Of a DNA stretch of 64,000 nt, positions 50,542 through 60,226 are shown piece by piece. The DNA lies in contig CAVSGI010000004.1 in NCBI GenBank assembly GCA_963727445.1, positions 32,001 through 96,000 of the forward strand, written 5' to 3'. Positions within the stretch are counted from its first letter, which is position 1; each line of letters begins with the position of its first letter. The position numbers and the translations under genes were made by a program. The stretch is from an uncultured delta proteobacterium (GTDB lineage Bacteria; Myxococcota_A; Polyangia; Polyangiales; B10-G4). The notes under the pieces were generated by a model that ran no database searches, was not told where the DNA came from, and saw only the letters and a list, made by a program, of their open reading frames with translations.

Positions 50542-51810
50542 TCAGCCTATCGCCTCCAGCGTCTCCTTCAGGTTTCTCAGGCCCGGCCGCGGTGCGCCCA
50601 CGAGGCAGGCGACGGTGCCGTGGAGCTTGTTTTCGTACATGAGCTGGTGGGCCTTCGGGATCTCGTCCCAGGTGAAGAGGCGGGTCATCACGGGGCGGAT
50701 GACGCCCTGATGGACGAGGCGGTTGGCGCGGTGGGCCTCGCCGGCGTCGGCGAAGTGGCTGCCGATGATCGACTTCTGGTGCATCCACAGATGGCGGACG
50801 TCGAAGGTGAGGTCGTAGCCGGTGGTGGCGCCGCAGATGACGATGCGGCCGAAGCGGTTCGCGAGGAAGACGCTCGCCGGGAAGGTGGCGCGACCGACGT
50901 GCTCGAAGACGACGTCCGGGCCTTTCTTTTCGCCGAGGATGTCCCAGATGGCGCGGCCGAAGCGCTTCACCTCGGCGCGCCACTTCCCTTCACTCTCTTC
51001 GGTGAGCGCCTCCGGGTAGCTGAGGTCGGGGAAGTCCTTGCGGTCGATCACGCCGAAGGCGCCGAGCTCCTTCGCGAGCTTCGCTTTCTCCTCACTCGAG
51101 ACGACGGCGATGGCTCGCGCGCCCACGAGCTCGCACAGCTGGATGGCGAAGACGCCGAGGCCGCCGGCGCCGCCCCAGACGAGCACGTCCTCGCCCGGTT
51201 GGATGTGCGCGCGGTCCATCAGCATGCGGAACGCCGTGAAGTAGGTGAGCCCGTAGCTCGCCGCCTCTTCCCAGCTGAGCTCCGGCGGCTTCGGCAAGAG
51301 CTGCTGCGCCTGCACTTTGGTGAACTGCGCGAAGGAGCCGTCGGGCGTTTCGTACCCCCAGATCCGCTGCTTCTTGCAGGCCATCGGCTGGCCGCCGTTA
51401 CAGTGCTCGCATTGGCCGCAGGTCGCGTTGCAGTGGGCGACCACCTCGTCGCCGACGCTGAGCCCGGTCACCCCCGGGCCGACCTTCCACACCACGCCCG
51501 ACGCGTCGGAGCCCGCGATGTGGAACGGCAGGCCGTGTCCGCGCGTGACGTCCACCGGTTGGCCGAGCCCCGCCCAGACGCCGTTGTAGTTCACACCGGC
51601 CGCCATCACCTTCAACAGCACCTCGCCCGGTCCCGGCTCCCAGGTCTCGATGGCCTCGGAGACGAAGCTCTTCGTCGGCTCGCCGAAGCGCTCGGGGCGG
51701 ATCACCCACGCGTGCATCTTCTGCGGGACGACGCCCAGCTCGGGGATCCGCCCGACGTCGACGATCTCGGGTGTGTGAACGGCGAAGAGATTCTTTGCAG
51801 GCTGGCTCAT
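50542..51810 (-). CDS. ccr: Crotonyl-CoA carboxylase/reductase
   Basis: VMAAGVNYNGVWA, FHIAGSDASGVVW, QRIWGYETPDGSFAQF..VQAQQLLPKP and LWMHQKSIIGSHFA. It is divergent from ecm. Confidence 0.93.
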   Translation of the reverse strand: MSQPAKNLFAVHTPEIVDVGRIPELGVVPQKMHAWVIRPERFGEPTKSFVSEAIETWEPGPGEVLLKVMAAGVNYNGVWAGLGQPVDVTRGHGLPFHIAGSDASGVVWKVGPGVTGLSVGDEVVAHCNATCGQCEHCNGGQPMACKKQRIWGYETPDGSFAQFTKVQAQQLLPKPPELSWEEAASYGLTYFTAFRMLMDRAHIQPGEDVLVWGGAGGLGVFAIQLCELVGARAIAVVSSEEKAKLAKELGAFGVIDRKDFPDLSYPEALTEESEGKWRAEVKRFGRAIWDILGEKKGPDVVFEHVGRATFPASVFLANRFGRIVICGATTGYDLTFDVRHLWMHQKSIIGSHFADAGEAHRANRLVHQGVIRPVMTRLFTWDEIPKAHQLMYENKLHGTVACLVGAPRPGLRNLKETLEAIG

Positions 51811-51911
51811 GGTCTTCCCTCTGAGTAGTCTTGGCGAACCCGACCCGGCGCGAGCTGGATTCTGAGGGGCTGCGCGCCCCCCTCCTCCACCTCGGCGCCG
51901 AGCGAAATCAA

Positions 51912-53886
51912 ATGACCGAACGCGACCGCCCCTGGATCATGCGCACCTACGCCGGCCACTCTTCGGCCGCGGCGTCGAACGCGCTCTATCGAACGAACCT
52001 CGACAAGGGGCAGACGGGGCTCAGCGTCGCCTTCGACCTTCCCACGCAGACCGGTTACGACCCGGACCATGCGCTCGCGCGCGGTGAGGTCGGCAAGGTC
52101 GGCGTCCCGGTCGCGCATCTCGGCCACGTGCGCACGCTCATGGGCGGCATCCCGCTCGACCGGATGAACACGTCGATGACCATCAACGCGACGGCGCCCT
52201 GGCTCTTCGCGCTCTACCTCGCCCACGCGCAGGAGCGCGGCATCGCCGAGGAGGGGCTCGCCGGCACCACCCAGAACGACATTCTCAAGGAGTACCTCTC
52301 GCGCGGCACCTACATCTTCCCGCCGGCGGCCTCGATGCGGCTCACCACGGACCTCGTCACCTACGCCGTGAAGATGGTGCCCAAGTGGAACCCCATCAAC
52401 ATCTGCAGCTACCACCTGCAGGAGGCGGGGGCGACGCCAGGGCAGGAGCTCGCCTACAGCCTCGCCAACGCCATCGCCGTTCTCGACGCGGTGAAAGCGA
52501 CGGGGCAGGTGGGAGACACCGACTTCGCGCGCGTCGTCGGTCGCATCAGCTTCTTCGTCAACGCGGGCATTCGCTTCGTCGACGAGCTCTGCAAGATGCG
52601 CGCGTTCGTCGCGCTCTGGGATCGCATCACCCGCGAGCGCTACGGCGTCACCGATCCGAAGCTCCGGCGCTTCCGCTACGGCGTGCAGGTCAATTCCCTC
52701 GGGCTCACCGAGCAGCAGCCCGAGAACAACATCCTGCGCATCGTCCTCGAGATGCTCGCCGTCACCCTCTCGAAGGACGCGCGCGCGCGTGCGGTGCAGC
52801 TCCCCGCATGGAACGAGGCCCTCGGGCTGCCGCGCCCCTGGGACCAGCAGTGGAGCCTGCGGGCCCAGCAGATCCTCGCCTACGAGTCCGACCTCCTCGA
52901 GCACGGCGACCTCTTCGAAGGAAGTATCGTCGTCACCGAGCGCACCGCCGGGCTCATCGAGGAGGCGGACGCGGAGATCGAGGAGGTTCTCTCGCGCGGA
53001 GGCGCGGTCGCCGCCATCGAGAGCGGCTACGTCAAGCAGCGCCTCGTCGAGTCGAACGCGGCGCGCCTCGCCGCCATCGAAGCCGGTGAGCAGAAGGTGG
53101 TCGGCGTGAACTGCTACGTCGAGTCCGAGCCCTCGCCGCTGACCGAGAGCCTCGACGACGCGATCCTGGTCGTCGACCCGGAGGTCGAGGCGCGCCTGGT
53201 CGACGAGGTGACGCGCTGGCGCGAGAACCGGGACGCGGCCGCGGCGCGCAAGGCCCTCGGCGCGCTCGCCCGCGCCGCTTCCGAAGGTGACAACATCATG
53301 CCTGCCTCCATCGCCGCCGCGCACGCCGGTGTGACGACGGGTGAGTGGGGCCAGATGCTCCGCGAGGTCTTCGGCGAGTACCGCGCGCCCACCGGCGTGT
53401 CCGGCGCGCGAATCACGGGGGGCGACGACGTGAAGGTGCGCGCCCTGCGCGCTGAGGTGGACAGCCTCGCCGAGTCGCTGGGCCGGCGTCCGCGGATCCT
53501 CGTCGGCAAGCCGGGCCTCGACGGGCACAGCAACGGCGCCGAGCAGATCGCCATCAAGGCGCGAGACGCCGGCTTCGATGTCGTCTACGAGGGCATCCGC
53601 GTGACCCCGGAGCAGCTGGTCTCCTCCGCGCTCGAAGAGGGCGTGCACCTCATCGGGCTGAGCATCCTGAGCGGCTCCCACCTCTCGCTGGTCCCCGCGA
53701 TCGTCGAGCAGCTCCGGGCCGCGGGTCTTTCGAACGTGCCGGTGGTGGTCGGCGGCATCATCCCCGACGAGGACCGCGAGAAGCTCGAGGCGGCCGGCGT
53801 CGCGGCGGTCTTCACGCCCAAGGACTTCGAGCTCGAATCGGATCATGGAGTCCCTCGTCGCTCTCGTCCGTGACGCGAGCGCCTGA
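51912..53886 (+). CDS. ecm: Ethylmalonyl-CoA mutase (MeaA/Ecm); frameshift ~53836 near the C-terminus
   Basis: RPWIMRTYAGHS, GLSVAFDLPTQTGYD, FRYGVQVNSLGLTEQQPENN, LPAWNEALGLP and the B12 motif GLDGHSNG. A one-base correction gives TPKDFEL(D/N)RIMESLVALVRDASA with the stop at 53886. Confidence 0.92.
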
Positions 53887-54871
53887 ATGGCGAGCGAGGA
53901 TCTCAGCGAGCGGCGTGCTCCGCGGCGACAAGAGCGCCGTCGCCAAGGCGCTCAACCTGGTGGAGGATCGGCGCCCCGGCGCGCGCGCGACGGTGGCGTC
54001 GCTCCTCGACCGCCTCGCAGAGGCGAGCGACGCCGCCAAGGGCCGCCGCATCGGCATCACCGGCCCGCCGGGCGTCGGTAAGAGCACCCTCGCCGCCGCA
54101 CTCGCACGCGAGCTCCGCACCCGCGACCAGCGCGTCGGCGTCGTCGCCGTCAATCCCTCGAGCATCAAGAGCGGCGGCGCGCTCCTCGGCGATCGCGCGC
54201 GCATGAGCTTCGATCCGAAGGACGACGGTCTCTTCGTCCGGTCCCTCGCCACCGGCGGGGAAGCCGGCGGCCTCAGCTGGGCGGCCAACGCCGCGGTGCG
54301 CGTGCTCGGCGCCGCCTACGACGTGGTGCTCATCGAGACCACCGGCGTCGGCCAGACCGAAACCGACGTCGTCGATGTGGCGGACACCGTGGCCCTCGTC
54401 GTGCAGCCAGCGTCCGGTGATGCGCTGCAGTTCCTGAAGGCGGGCATCATGGAGATCCCGGACGTGCTGGTGGTGAACAAGGCCGACCTCGGTGAGGTCG
54501 CCCGGCGCGCCGCCGCCGATCTGGCCGCGGCGCTCCTGGCCCTCGGCGCCGCGGGCGCCGGAGACGCGAAGATCTCCGTCGTCGAAACGAGCGCCACCGC
54601 CGGCACCGGCATCGGCGCGCTCGCCGACGCCCTCGAGGCGCACCACAGGCGGCTCGGCGAAGAAGGTCGCTCCGAGCGTCGCCGCCGCGGAGACGCGGCC
54701 TGGGCGCGCGCCCGCTTCGTCCGCCGCTTCGGGGAGCTGGGCGTCGAGACCGCCGGCGGAAGAGGGAAGCTCGAGGACCGCATCGCGGCCCTCTTGAGCG
54801 GCGGCAAGGGGCCTGTCCGCGCGGCGGAGGCGCTGGGCGAAGAGGTTCTTTCGAAGCTTCGGCAGGGCTGA
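53887..54871 (+). CDS. meaB: MeaB/ArgK GTPase chaperone for B12-dependent mutases; frameshift ~53912
   Basis: GITGPPGVGKST, PSS..SGGALLGDR.RM, ETTGVGQ, GDALQFLKAGIMEI.D and NKAD. ATG 53887 directly follows the corrected ecm stop. Confidence 0.9.
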
Positions 54872-54914
54872 CACGGGGAGGGGGGATCGGGGATTACGCC
54901 CGTGACCGGCGGAG

Positions 54915-55040
54915 CTTTACAGCTTCACAGATGACGCGGTGCGTAATCGCTGAGGTACGCACCTTGGTGTCGTGTTACAAGGGATAGATTCACTTGACGC
55001 CCAGATTACACGGTGCTTTACAAGTAAAGCCTCTGTAAAC
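54915..55040. promoter_or_regulatory. AT-rich promoter region with TTACA/TGTAA repeats and the palindrome GCTTTACAAGTAAAGC
   Basis: Palindrome at 55015-55030; CTTTACAG/CTTCACAG at 54915-54930; TTGACG at 54994; TGTAAA at 55034. Confidence 0.55.
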
Positions 55041-55051
55041 CTGGTGGTGCG

Positions 55052-56626
55052 ATGAACGGTAAAACCAAGGGACCACACGCGAAGATGGGGCAGAAGCTCC
55101 GCGAGCTCCGCCTCGAGCGGGGGCTCATGCAAGGGGAGGTCGCCCGCCGCCTCGCGATCTCGCCCGCGTACCTGAGCCTGATCGAAAAGGGGAAGCGTCA
55201 GGTCCAGCTCCCGCTCCTCTTCAAGGCCCTCGAGGTCTACGGCGTCCCGATGGAGACGTTCATGGCGAGCCTCGGCGAGCACCGCGTCGACGACGGCCTC
55301 GCCAAGCTCCTCGACGAGCCGCTGCTCCGCTCGCTGAACCTGAGCGAAGAGGACGTGGCGAGCCTGAGCGCCGAGCCGAAGATCGTCACCACCATCACCG
55401 CGCTCTTCAACCTGTACCGCTCGACCCGCAATCAGCTCGACAACGTGCTGACCAGTCTGGCGGAGCGGGAGAAGCGCACGCGAGAAGGGAGCGAGCCTCC
55501 CGCGATGGCGGGAAGCGAGGGCGGCGGTGAGGGCCTACGCTTCGAGCTCAGCCCCTTCGACGAGGTCACCGACTTCCTGCAGAAGAACGACAACTGGTTC
55601 GGCGGCCTCGAGCAGCGCGCCGACGCCTTGCGCGCCGAGTGCGGGGTCGACCGCTGTGCGACCAGCGCCGATCTCGGGGAGATGCTCGAGAAGAATTTCG
55701 GCATCCAAGTCCGGGTCGTGCCGGGCGGCGCCGAGAGCTCGGTGGTGCGCCGCTGGGATCCCAAATCACGGCAGCTGACGCTCTCCCGCGAGCTCGGCGA
55801 GCAGCGGCTGCGTTTTCAGCTGGCCCATACCGTGGGCCTCCGCATCCTGGACGAGGAACGCCAGCACGAGGGGCTCATCGCCCGCTACCCGGCGCGCCTC
55901 GCCGAAACCGAGAAGCTCATCAAGATCCACCTCGCGAATTACTTCGCGGGCGCGCTGATGCTCCCCTATCAGGACTTCTATGATGAGGCGCAGCGCACCC
56001 GCTACGACGTCGAGCGGCTGACGACCATCTTCGACTCGAGCTACGAGACGGTCGCCCATCGCCTCTGCAATCTGAGCGATCCCGATCGCCGGGGGCTCCC
56101 CTTCTATTTTCTGCGCCTCGACGTCGCGGGCAACATCTCCAAGCGCTACTCGGCGGTCGACCTGAAGTTTCCGCACACCAGCGGTAGCTGCCCCAAGAGC
56201 GCCGTCCACCTCGCCTTCCTCACGCCGAACGTGCTCGTGCGCCGCTACGAAACCCATCCCGACGGCACCAGCTACTTCGTCTTCGCCAAGGTCGTCACCG
56301 AGCCCAAGCAGGGCTCCATCGAGCGCGGCACCGCCTACAGCATCGGCCTCGGCACCTACGCCGATCACGCAGCCGAGCTGGCCTACGCCGACGACATGCC
56401 CTTCGCCGATCCGAAGAAGATGGCCATCCCGGTGGGCCTGACCTGCCGCTTCTGCGCGCGCACAGACTGCAATCAGCGCGCGGCGCCCAGTTACAAGTTC
56501 GCCTTCACCGTCGACGAGTACACCAAGAAGGACAACTTCTTCTCGCCCCACGTCTCCGGCGACGAGGCGGCCGAGGTCGCGGTGGCGGCACGCCGGGGCA
56601 AGAGGCGCCCGAGCTCGCGCGAGTGA
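55052..56626 (+). CDS. Short-chain fatty acyl-CoA regulator (ScfR; RamB/PccR/PrpR family)
   Basis: XRE HTH (ARRLAISPAYLSLIE), RFQLAH, ANYFAGALMLPY, SYETVAHRL, D.AGNISKR and C-terminal CRFCARTDCNQRA.P. Confidence 0.9.
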   Translation: MNGKTKGPHAKMGQKLRELRLERGLMQGEVARRLAISPAYLSLIEKGKRQVQLPLLFKALEVYGVPMETFMASLGEHRVDDGLAKLLDEPLLRSLNLSEEDVASLSAEPKIVTTITALFNLYRSTRNQLDNVLTSLAEREKRTREGSEPPAMAGSEGGGEGLRFELSPFDEVTDFLQKNDNWFGGLEQRADALRAECGVDRCATSADLGEMLEKNFGIQVRVVPGGAESSVVRRWDPKSRQLTLSRELGEQRLRFQLAHTVGLRILDEERQHEGLIARYPARLAETEKLIKIHLANYFAGALMLPYQDFYDEAQRTRYDVERLTTIFDSSYETVAHRLCNLSDPDRRGLPFYFLRLDVAGNISKRYSAVDLKFPHTSGSCPKSAVHLAFLTPNVLVRRYETHPDGTSYFVFAKVVTEPKQGSIERGTAYSIGLGTYADHAAELAYADDMPFADPKKMAIPVGLTCRFCARTDCNQRAAPSYKFAFTVDEYTKKDNFFSPHVSGDEAAEVAVAARRGKRRPSSRE

Positions 56627-56676
56627 CCACCACCGCCGATCCTCGCGTCCTCGTCGCCGAGGTCGCCATCGACCCC

Positions 56677-57847
56677 TCACTCAGCGCTCACCACCTCTGC
56701 GTCCGCGATGTGGATCGCCTGGGCGCCGTCCCGCGTGATCCACGCGGCCCGGCAACTTCGGCTCAACAGCCGTTGCCTGATCGTCTCTGCCACTTCTGCG
56801 CGTTGCGCTGGGGTCAACGTCGTCCAGCGCGCTGGGGAGACGGTCCCGATGAAGGTCGTCGTGCTCGCGCCTCGGGACAAGCCCCCGGTGTCGAGGAGGG
56901 GGGAGAGCCCAGCGAGCTCTCGACTGGAGAGCGCGGTCAGCTCGTTGACGTCTCGCGCGTTGAGCACGTATCCCGACGCACCGAGGCCGGCCAGGACGAA
57001 GCCGCCGAGCACCTTGAAAGCGTCGCGGCGTGTCGAGCTTCCGGACGGTTCTCGTCCGGGCGGTGTTCTTCCGGTACTTCTCCAGGTAGCGACGGGTCTC
57101 CTCGAGATGCGCGCGGGTCCTGAGGCTGATGCGCTGTACGAAGGCCGCGCGAACCTCCTCCTTGTTCTTGTCGAACATGTCGTGGAGGCTGTGCGGCGAG
57201 CGGTGCTCGGCTCTGCGCATGCGCTCGACGCAGTTGTGCATCGCCGTGTTGAACCAGACCGCGGCGTAGAGCACTTCGGGGTCCATGAGTTGTTCGCGCA
57301 AAGCCACCTTGTAGCCCCGAACGTCCAGATAGAAGCCGCCTTCGAACACGTCGTCGAGGCGCTGAAGCGTCGAGAGCCGCTTCACGGCGTCGCGGAAGAA
57401 CTCCACCGCAGCGGCCCGCTCGTGATCCTCCATCGTCGGGCGCTCCGTGAGCACGCGGTCCAGGATGGGAGCCGCCTCCGGCCATGGGGCCAGCTCGAGC
57501 TGGCCGTCTTCGGTCTCTTTTGTCAGAAGCCGCGAGACGAGGAACTCGAAGCGGTCTCGCTGATCATCGTGGAGCCGCGGAGCGGCGCCGAGCAAACGAG
57601 CGTACGCCAGAAGGACTTCCGGCTCGTGTGGTGCGTGGTCGAACCAGGCCTGGAACGAGGCCATCGGTATCGACGCATCCATCGCCAGAAGCGTCTCTTC
57701 ACCGTGTTCGTCGAGCTCGAGCCGTGGTGGAGCGGCACCGAGATCCGTCATCACGGAGAGCACGACCCCCATGGCATGGGTGCGATCGCCAGCCGGGCGA
57801 ACGCTGGTGGTCTCGGACACACCGCGTACATCGGCCAGTTCCGGCAA
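56677..57847 (-). CDS. Hypothetical protein with a C-terminal TM segment; frameshift ~57017
   Basis: The helical ORF 56681..57847 joins 56677..57012 (RRFKVLGGFVLAGLG) when one base is removed. Confidence 0.6.
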
Positions 57848-57965
57848 CTCTTGAGCCCCATTTTCACGCCGCGGTCGGCATCGGCTCAGTGCGACGTCAG
57901 CCGCAGGTAGCAGCCGTCGAAAGTGGGGAGCTCGACTGCGCGTTGATGTATCTTCGTCGTTCGTA

Positions 57966-60062
57966 GTGTTGAGGCTCCTTTCGGTCGTGGCGTTCTGGTG
58001 TGCGGTGCCCTCCCTGATGGCGTGCGGTCAGGCCGCATCCTCCGACGCCGGGCCGCCTGACGCGGGAGCTGACGCAGGATCCACGGCGGCGCCGCCCGAT
58101 CTCCCCTGGCTCGACGATGGCGTGCCTCCCCTCGAGTTGACGCCTTGCCCGAGCGGCTGGCGTGAGGTCACCGAAGGCGATCTCACCACCTGCGATCCCT
58201 ATCCGGAGGGTGGCCCCGCGACGTGTGACCGTGGCGAAGCGCACTTCCCGGGCGAGCCGGGCTGTCGACCCATCGGCGACCCGTGTCCCTCCGGTGAATT
58301 CGCGACCACGCTTCCCACGGACGTCCCCATCGTCTACGTCGATGACGGCGCGGCACCCGGTGGAGACGGATTGATCGGGGCCCCCTACGCTGCGCTCGCT
58401 GAGGTTGGATGGGTCTCGCTCGCACCTGGAACGGTCGTCGCGCTCGGCAAGGGCTCCTACGCGGGCGTGCTCGCGCTCAAGCCCGGCACCGTGGTCATGG
58501 GTGCATGCGTCGCCGAGACGACGCTCACCGGCACGACGGCGCCGGCAGTGGCGGTCGTCTCGATGACGGGCCGCGGCGACCCGGCCACCGTGCGCAACCT
58601 GTCGATCGCCTCGCCACCCCAAGAGGCCGTGCACCTGCAGAATGGGTACGCGCTCTCCCTCGCCGGTGTGCTCATCGACCGCTCGCCGGGGTACGGCGCC
58701 AGCGTTCTCGACTCGGATAGCTCGCTCGAGCTGAGCGATACGGTCATTCGGGACACTCAGGAGACCAGCGCCGGCGCGGGGGCGGCCCTCTATGTCGAGG
58801 GGGGCGGGCACATCACCGCGTCACGCGCGATTCTCGCCGGCAACCAGACGATCGCGGTGATGCTCCAGGATCCGGGAAGCGAGGTCACTCTCTCGGACAG
58901 CGTGGTCCGCGAGACGCGCTCCGCCTCCGACGGCACTTACGGACGCGCGATCCAGGTCACCTTGGGCGCCCACCTCGACGCATCGCGATTCCTCGCCACC
59001 GAAAACCGCGACGTCGCCGTCCAGTTGGGAGATGAGGGCACGACCGTCACGCTCTCGGACGCCATCCTGCGCGACACCCAACCGATGGCCGACGGGACGA
59101 TGGGGCGCGGGCTCGAGGTCACGAGCGGCGGCCAACTCGAGGCGACACACCTGGTGCTGGCGGGCAATCGAGACGTCAGCGTGCTCGTCTCGGGCTCGGG
59201 CGCCGTGGCGACCATTGCGGACGCCGTCATCGCCGACACGCAGGAGCGGGAAGTGAACGGCAAGTTCGGGCACGGGCTCGACGTCCAGGAGGGCGCGAGG
59301 CTCGAAGCGACTCGGGTCGTCGTGCAGAACAGCCGCGACCTCGGCGTCTTCGGCACGGACCCCGAGACCACCATGGTCCTCACCGACATGCTCGTCCGCG
59401 ACACGCATCCCAAGGTGATGGACGATGACTATGGGTGGGGCATCGCTCTGGAGCTGGGCGCGAGCCTCGAGGGGCATCGTTTGGTGATCGAGAGGAGCCA
59501 CGACGCCGCCATCGTCGCCAAGGATGAGGGGACCGAGCTCTCGCTCTTCGACTCCGTCGTGCGAAGCACGGCACCACGCGCCTTCGATCTCGCCTTCGGC
59601 ACCGGCGTGGACACGTCGTATGGTGCACATCTGACCGCGCAGCGGATCGTCATCGACGAGGCTGTCAGCATCGGCCTCTCGGTCTACAACGGCGCGACGG
59701 CCGAGGTGAGCGACGCCGTCATCTCGCGCGTGGCCAACTCGATGTGTGAGTGTCCGGAGTCGGTCGCCGGCCACGGCGTCGCGGTCATCGACGCGACCGT
59801 GAGCATGACCGACTTCGCGATTGAGAGCCCCGAGACCTGCGGCTTCTTTGTCGCCTCCTTCGCCGGGGCCCCAGGGGCGGCTCCGACCTCCCTCGACGCG
59901 CGATCCGGTGTGGTCCGAGGCGCCGCGATCGGCGCGTGCATTCAGATCGACGGCTACGATCTCTCCCGAATCATGGACGGCGTGTCCTACCTGGACAACG
60001 GGACCAACCTGGACATCACGTCTCTGCCGGTGCCAACGTCTCCCCACATGATCGTGGATTGA
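57966..60062 (+). CDS. Lipoprotein with right-handed parallel beta-helix repeats
   Basis: Lipobox LMAC; VYVDDGAAPGGDG...PY; repeated LSD.V.RDT.....G..G.GL.V..G units. Confidence 0.8.
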   Translation: MLRLLSVVAFWCAVPSLMACGQAASSDAGPPDAGADAGSTAAPPDLPWLDDGVPPLELTPCPSGWREVTEGDLTTCDPYPEGGPATCDRGEAHFPGEPGCRPIGDPCPSGEFATTLPTDVPIVYVDDGAAPGGDGLIGAPYAALAEVGWVSLAPGTVVALGKGSYAGVLALKPGTVVMGACVAETTLTGTTAPAVAVVSMTGRGDPATVRNLSIASPPQEAVHLQNGYALSLAGVLIDRSPGYGASVLDSDSSLELSDTVIRDTQETSAGAGAALYVEGGGHITASRAILAGNQTIAVMLQDPGSEVTLSDSVVRETRSASDGTYGRAIQVTLGAHLDASRFLATENRDVAVQLGDEGTTVTLSDAILRDTQPMADGTMGRGLEVTSGGQLEATHLVLAGNRDVSVLVSGSGAVATIADAVIADTQEREVNGKFGHGLDVQEGARLEATRVVVQNSRDLGVFGTDPETTMVLTDMLVRDTHPKVMDDDYGWGIALELGASLEGHRLVIERSHDAAIVAKDEGTELSLFDSVVRSTAPRAFDLAFGTGVDTSYGAHLTAQRIVIDEAVSIGLSVYNGATAEVSDAVISRVANSMCECPESVAGHGVAVIDATVSMTDFAIESPETCGFFVASFAGAPGAAPTSLDARSGVVRGAAIGACIQIDGYDLSRIMDGVSYLDNGTNLDITSLPVPTSPHMIVD

Positions 60063-60226
60063 GCTCGAGGCGAACGCCGTCGACCCGCGCGGTCTGGCCC
60101 TTGCGCGCTCGTCCCCCGCGCATACTTGATAGACCATCGGTAGCGCGAGGCTTTCACCTGCATCACCAGACAGCGTCCCATGGTTTCGCGAAGTCGGTCG
60201 CAAGAGCAGCGCTTGCGTGAAGCATC

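Noticed and set aside
50542..51810. Ccr as a polyketide extender-unit supplier
   Set aside because: No PKS/NRPS genes are in the window, and linkage to ecm, meaB, mcd and mch indicates primary metabolism.
51811..51911. Cobalamin riboswitch upstream of ecm
   Set aside because: The 100-bp divergent gap is short and no B12-box was recognised.
51912..53886. Methylmalonyl-CoA mutase annotation
   Set aside because: RTYAGHS and QVNSLGLTE signatures and the position next to ccr indicate Ecm/MeaA; Mcm has RQYAGF.
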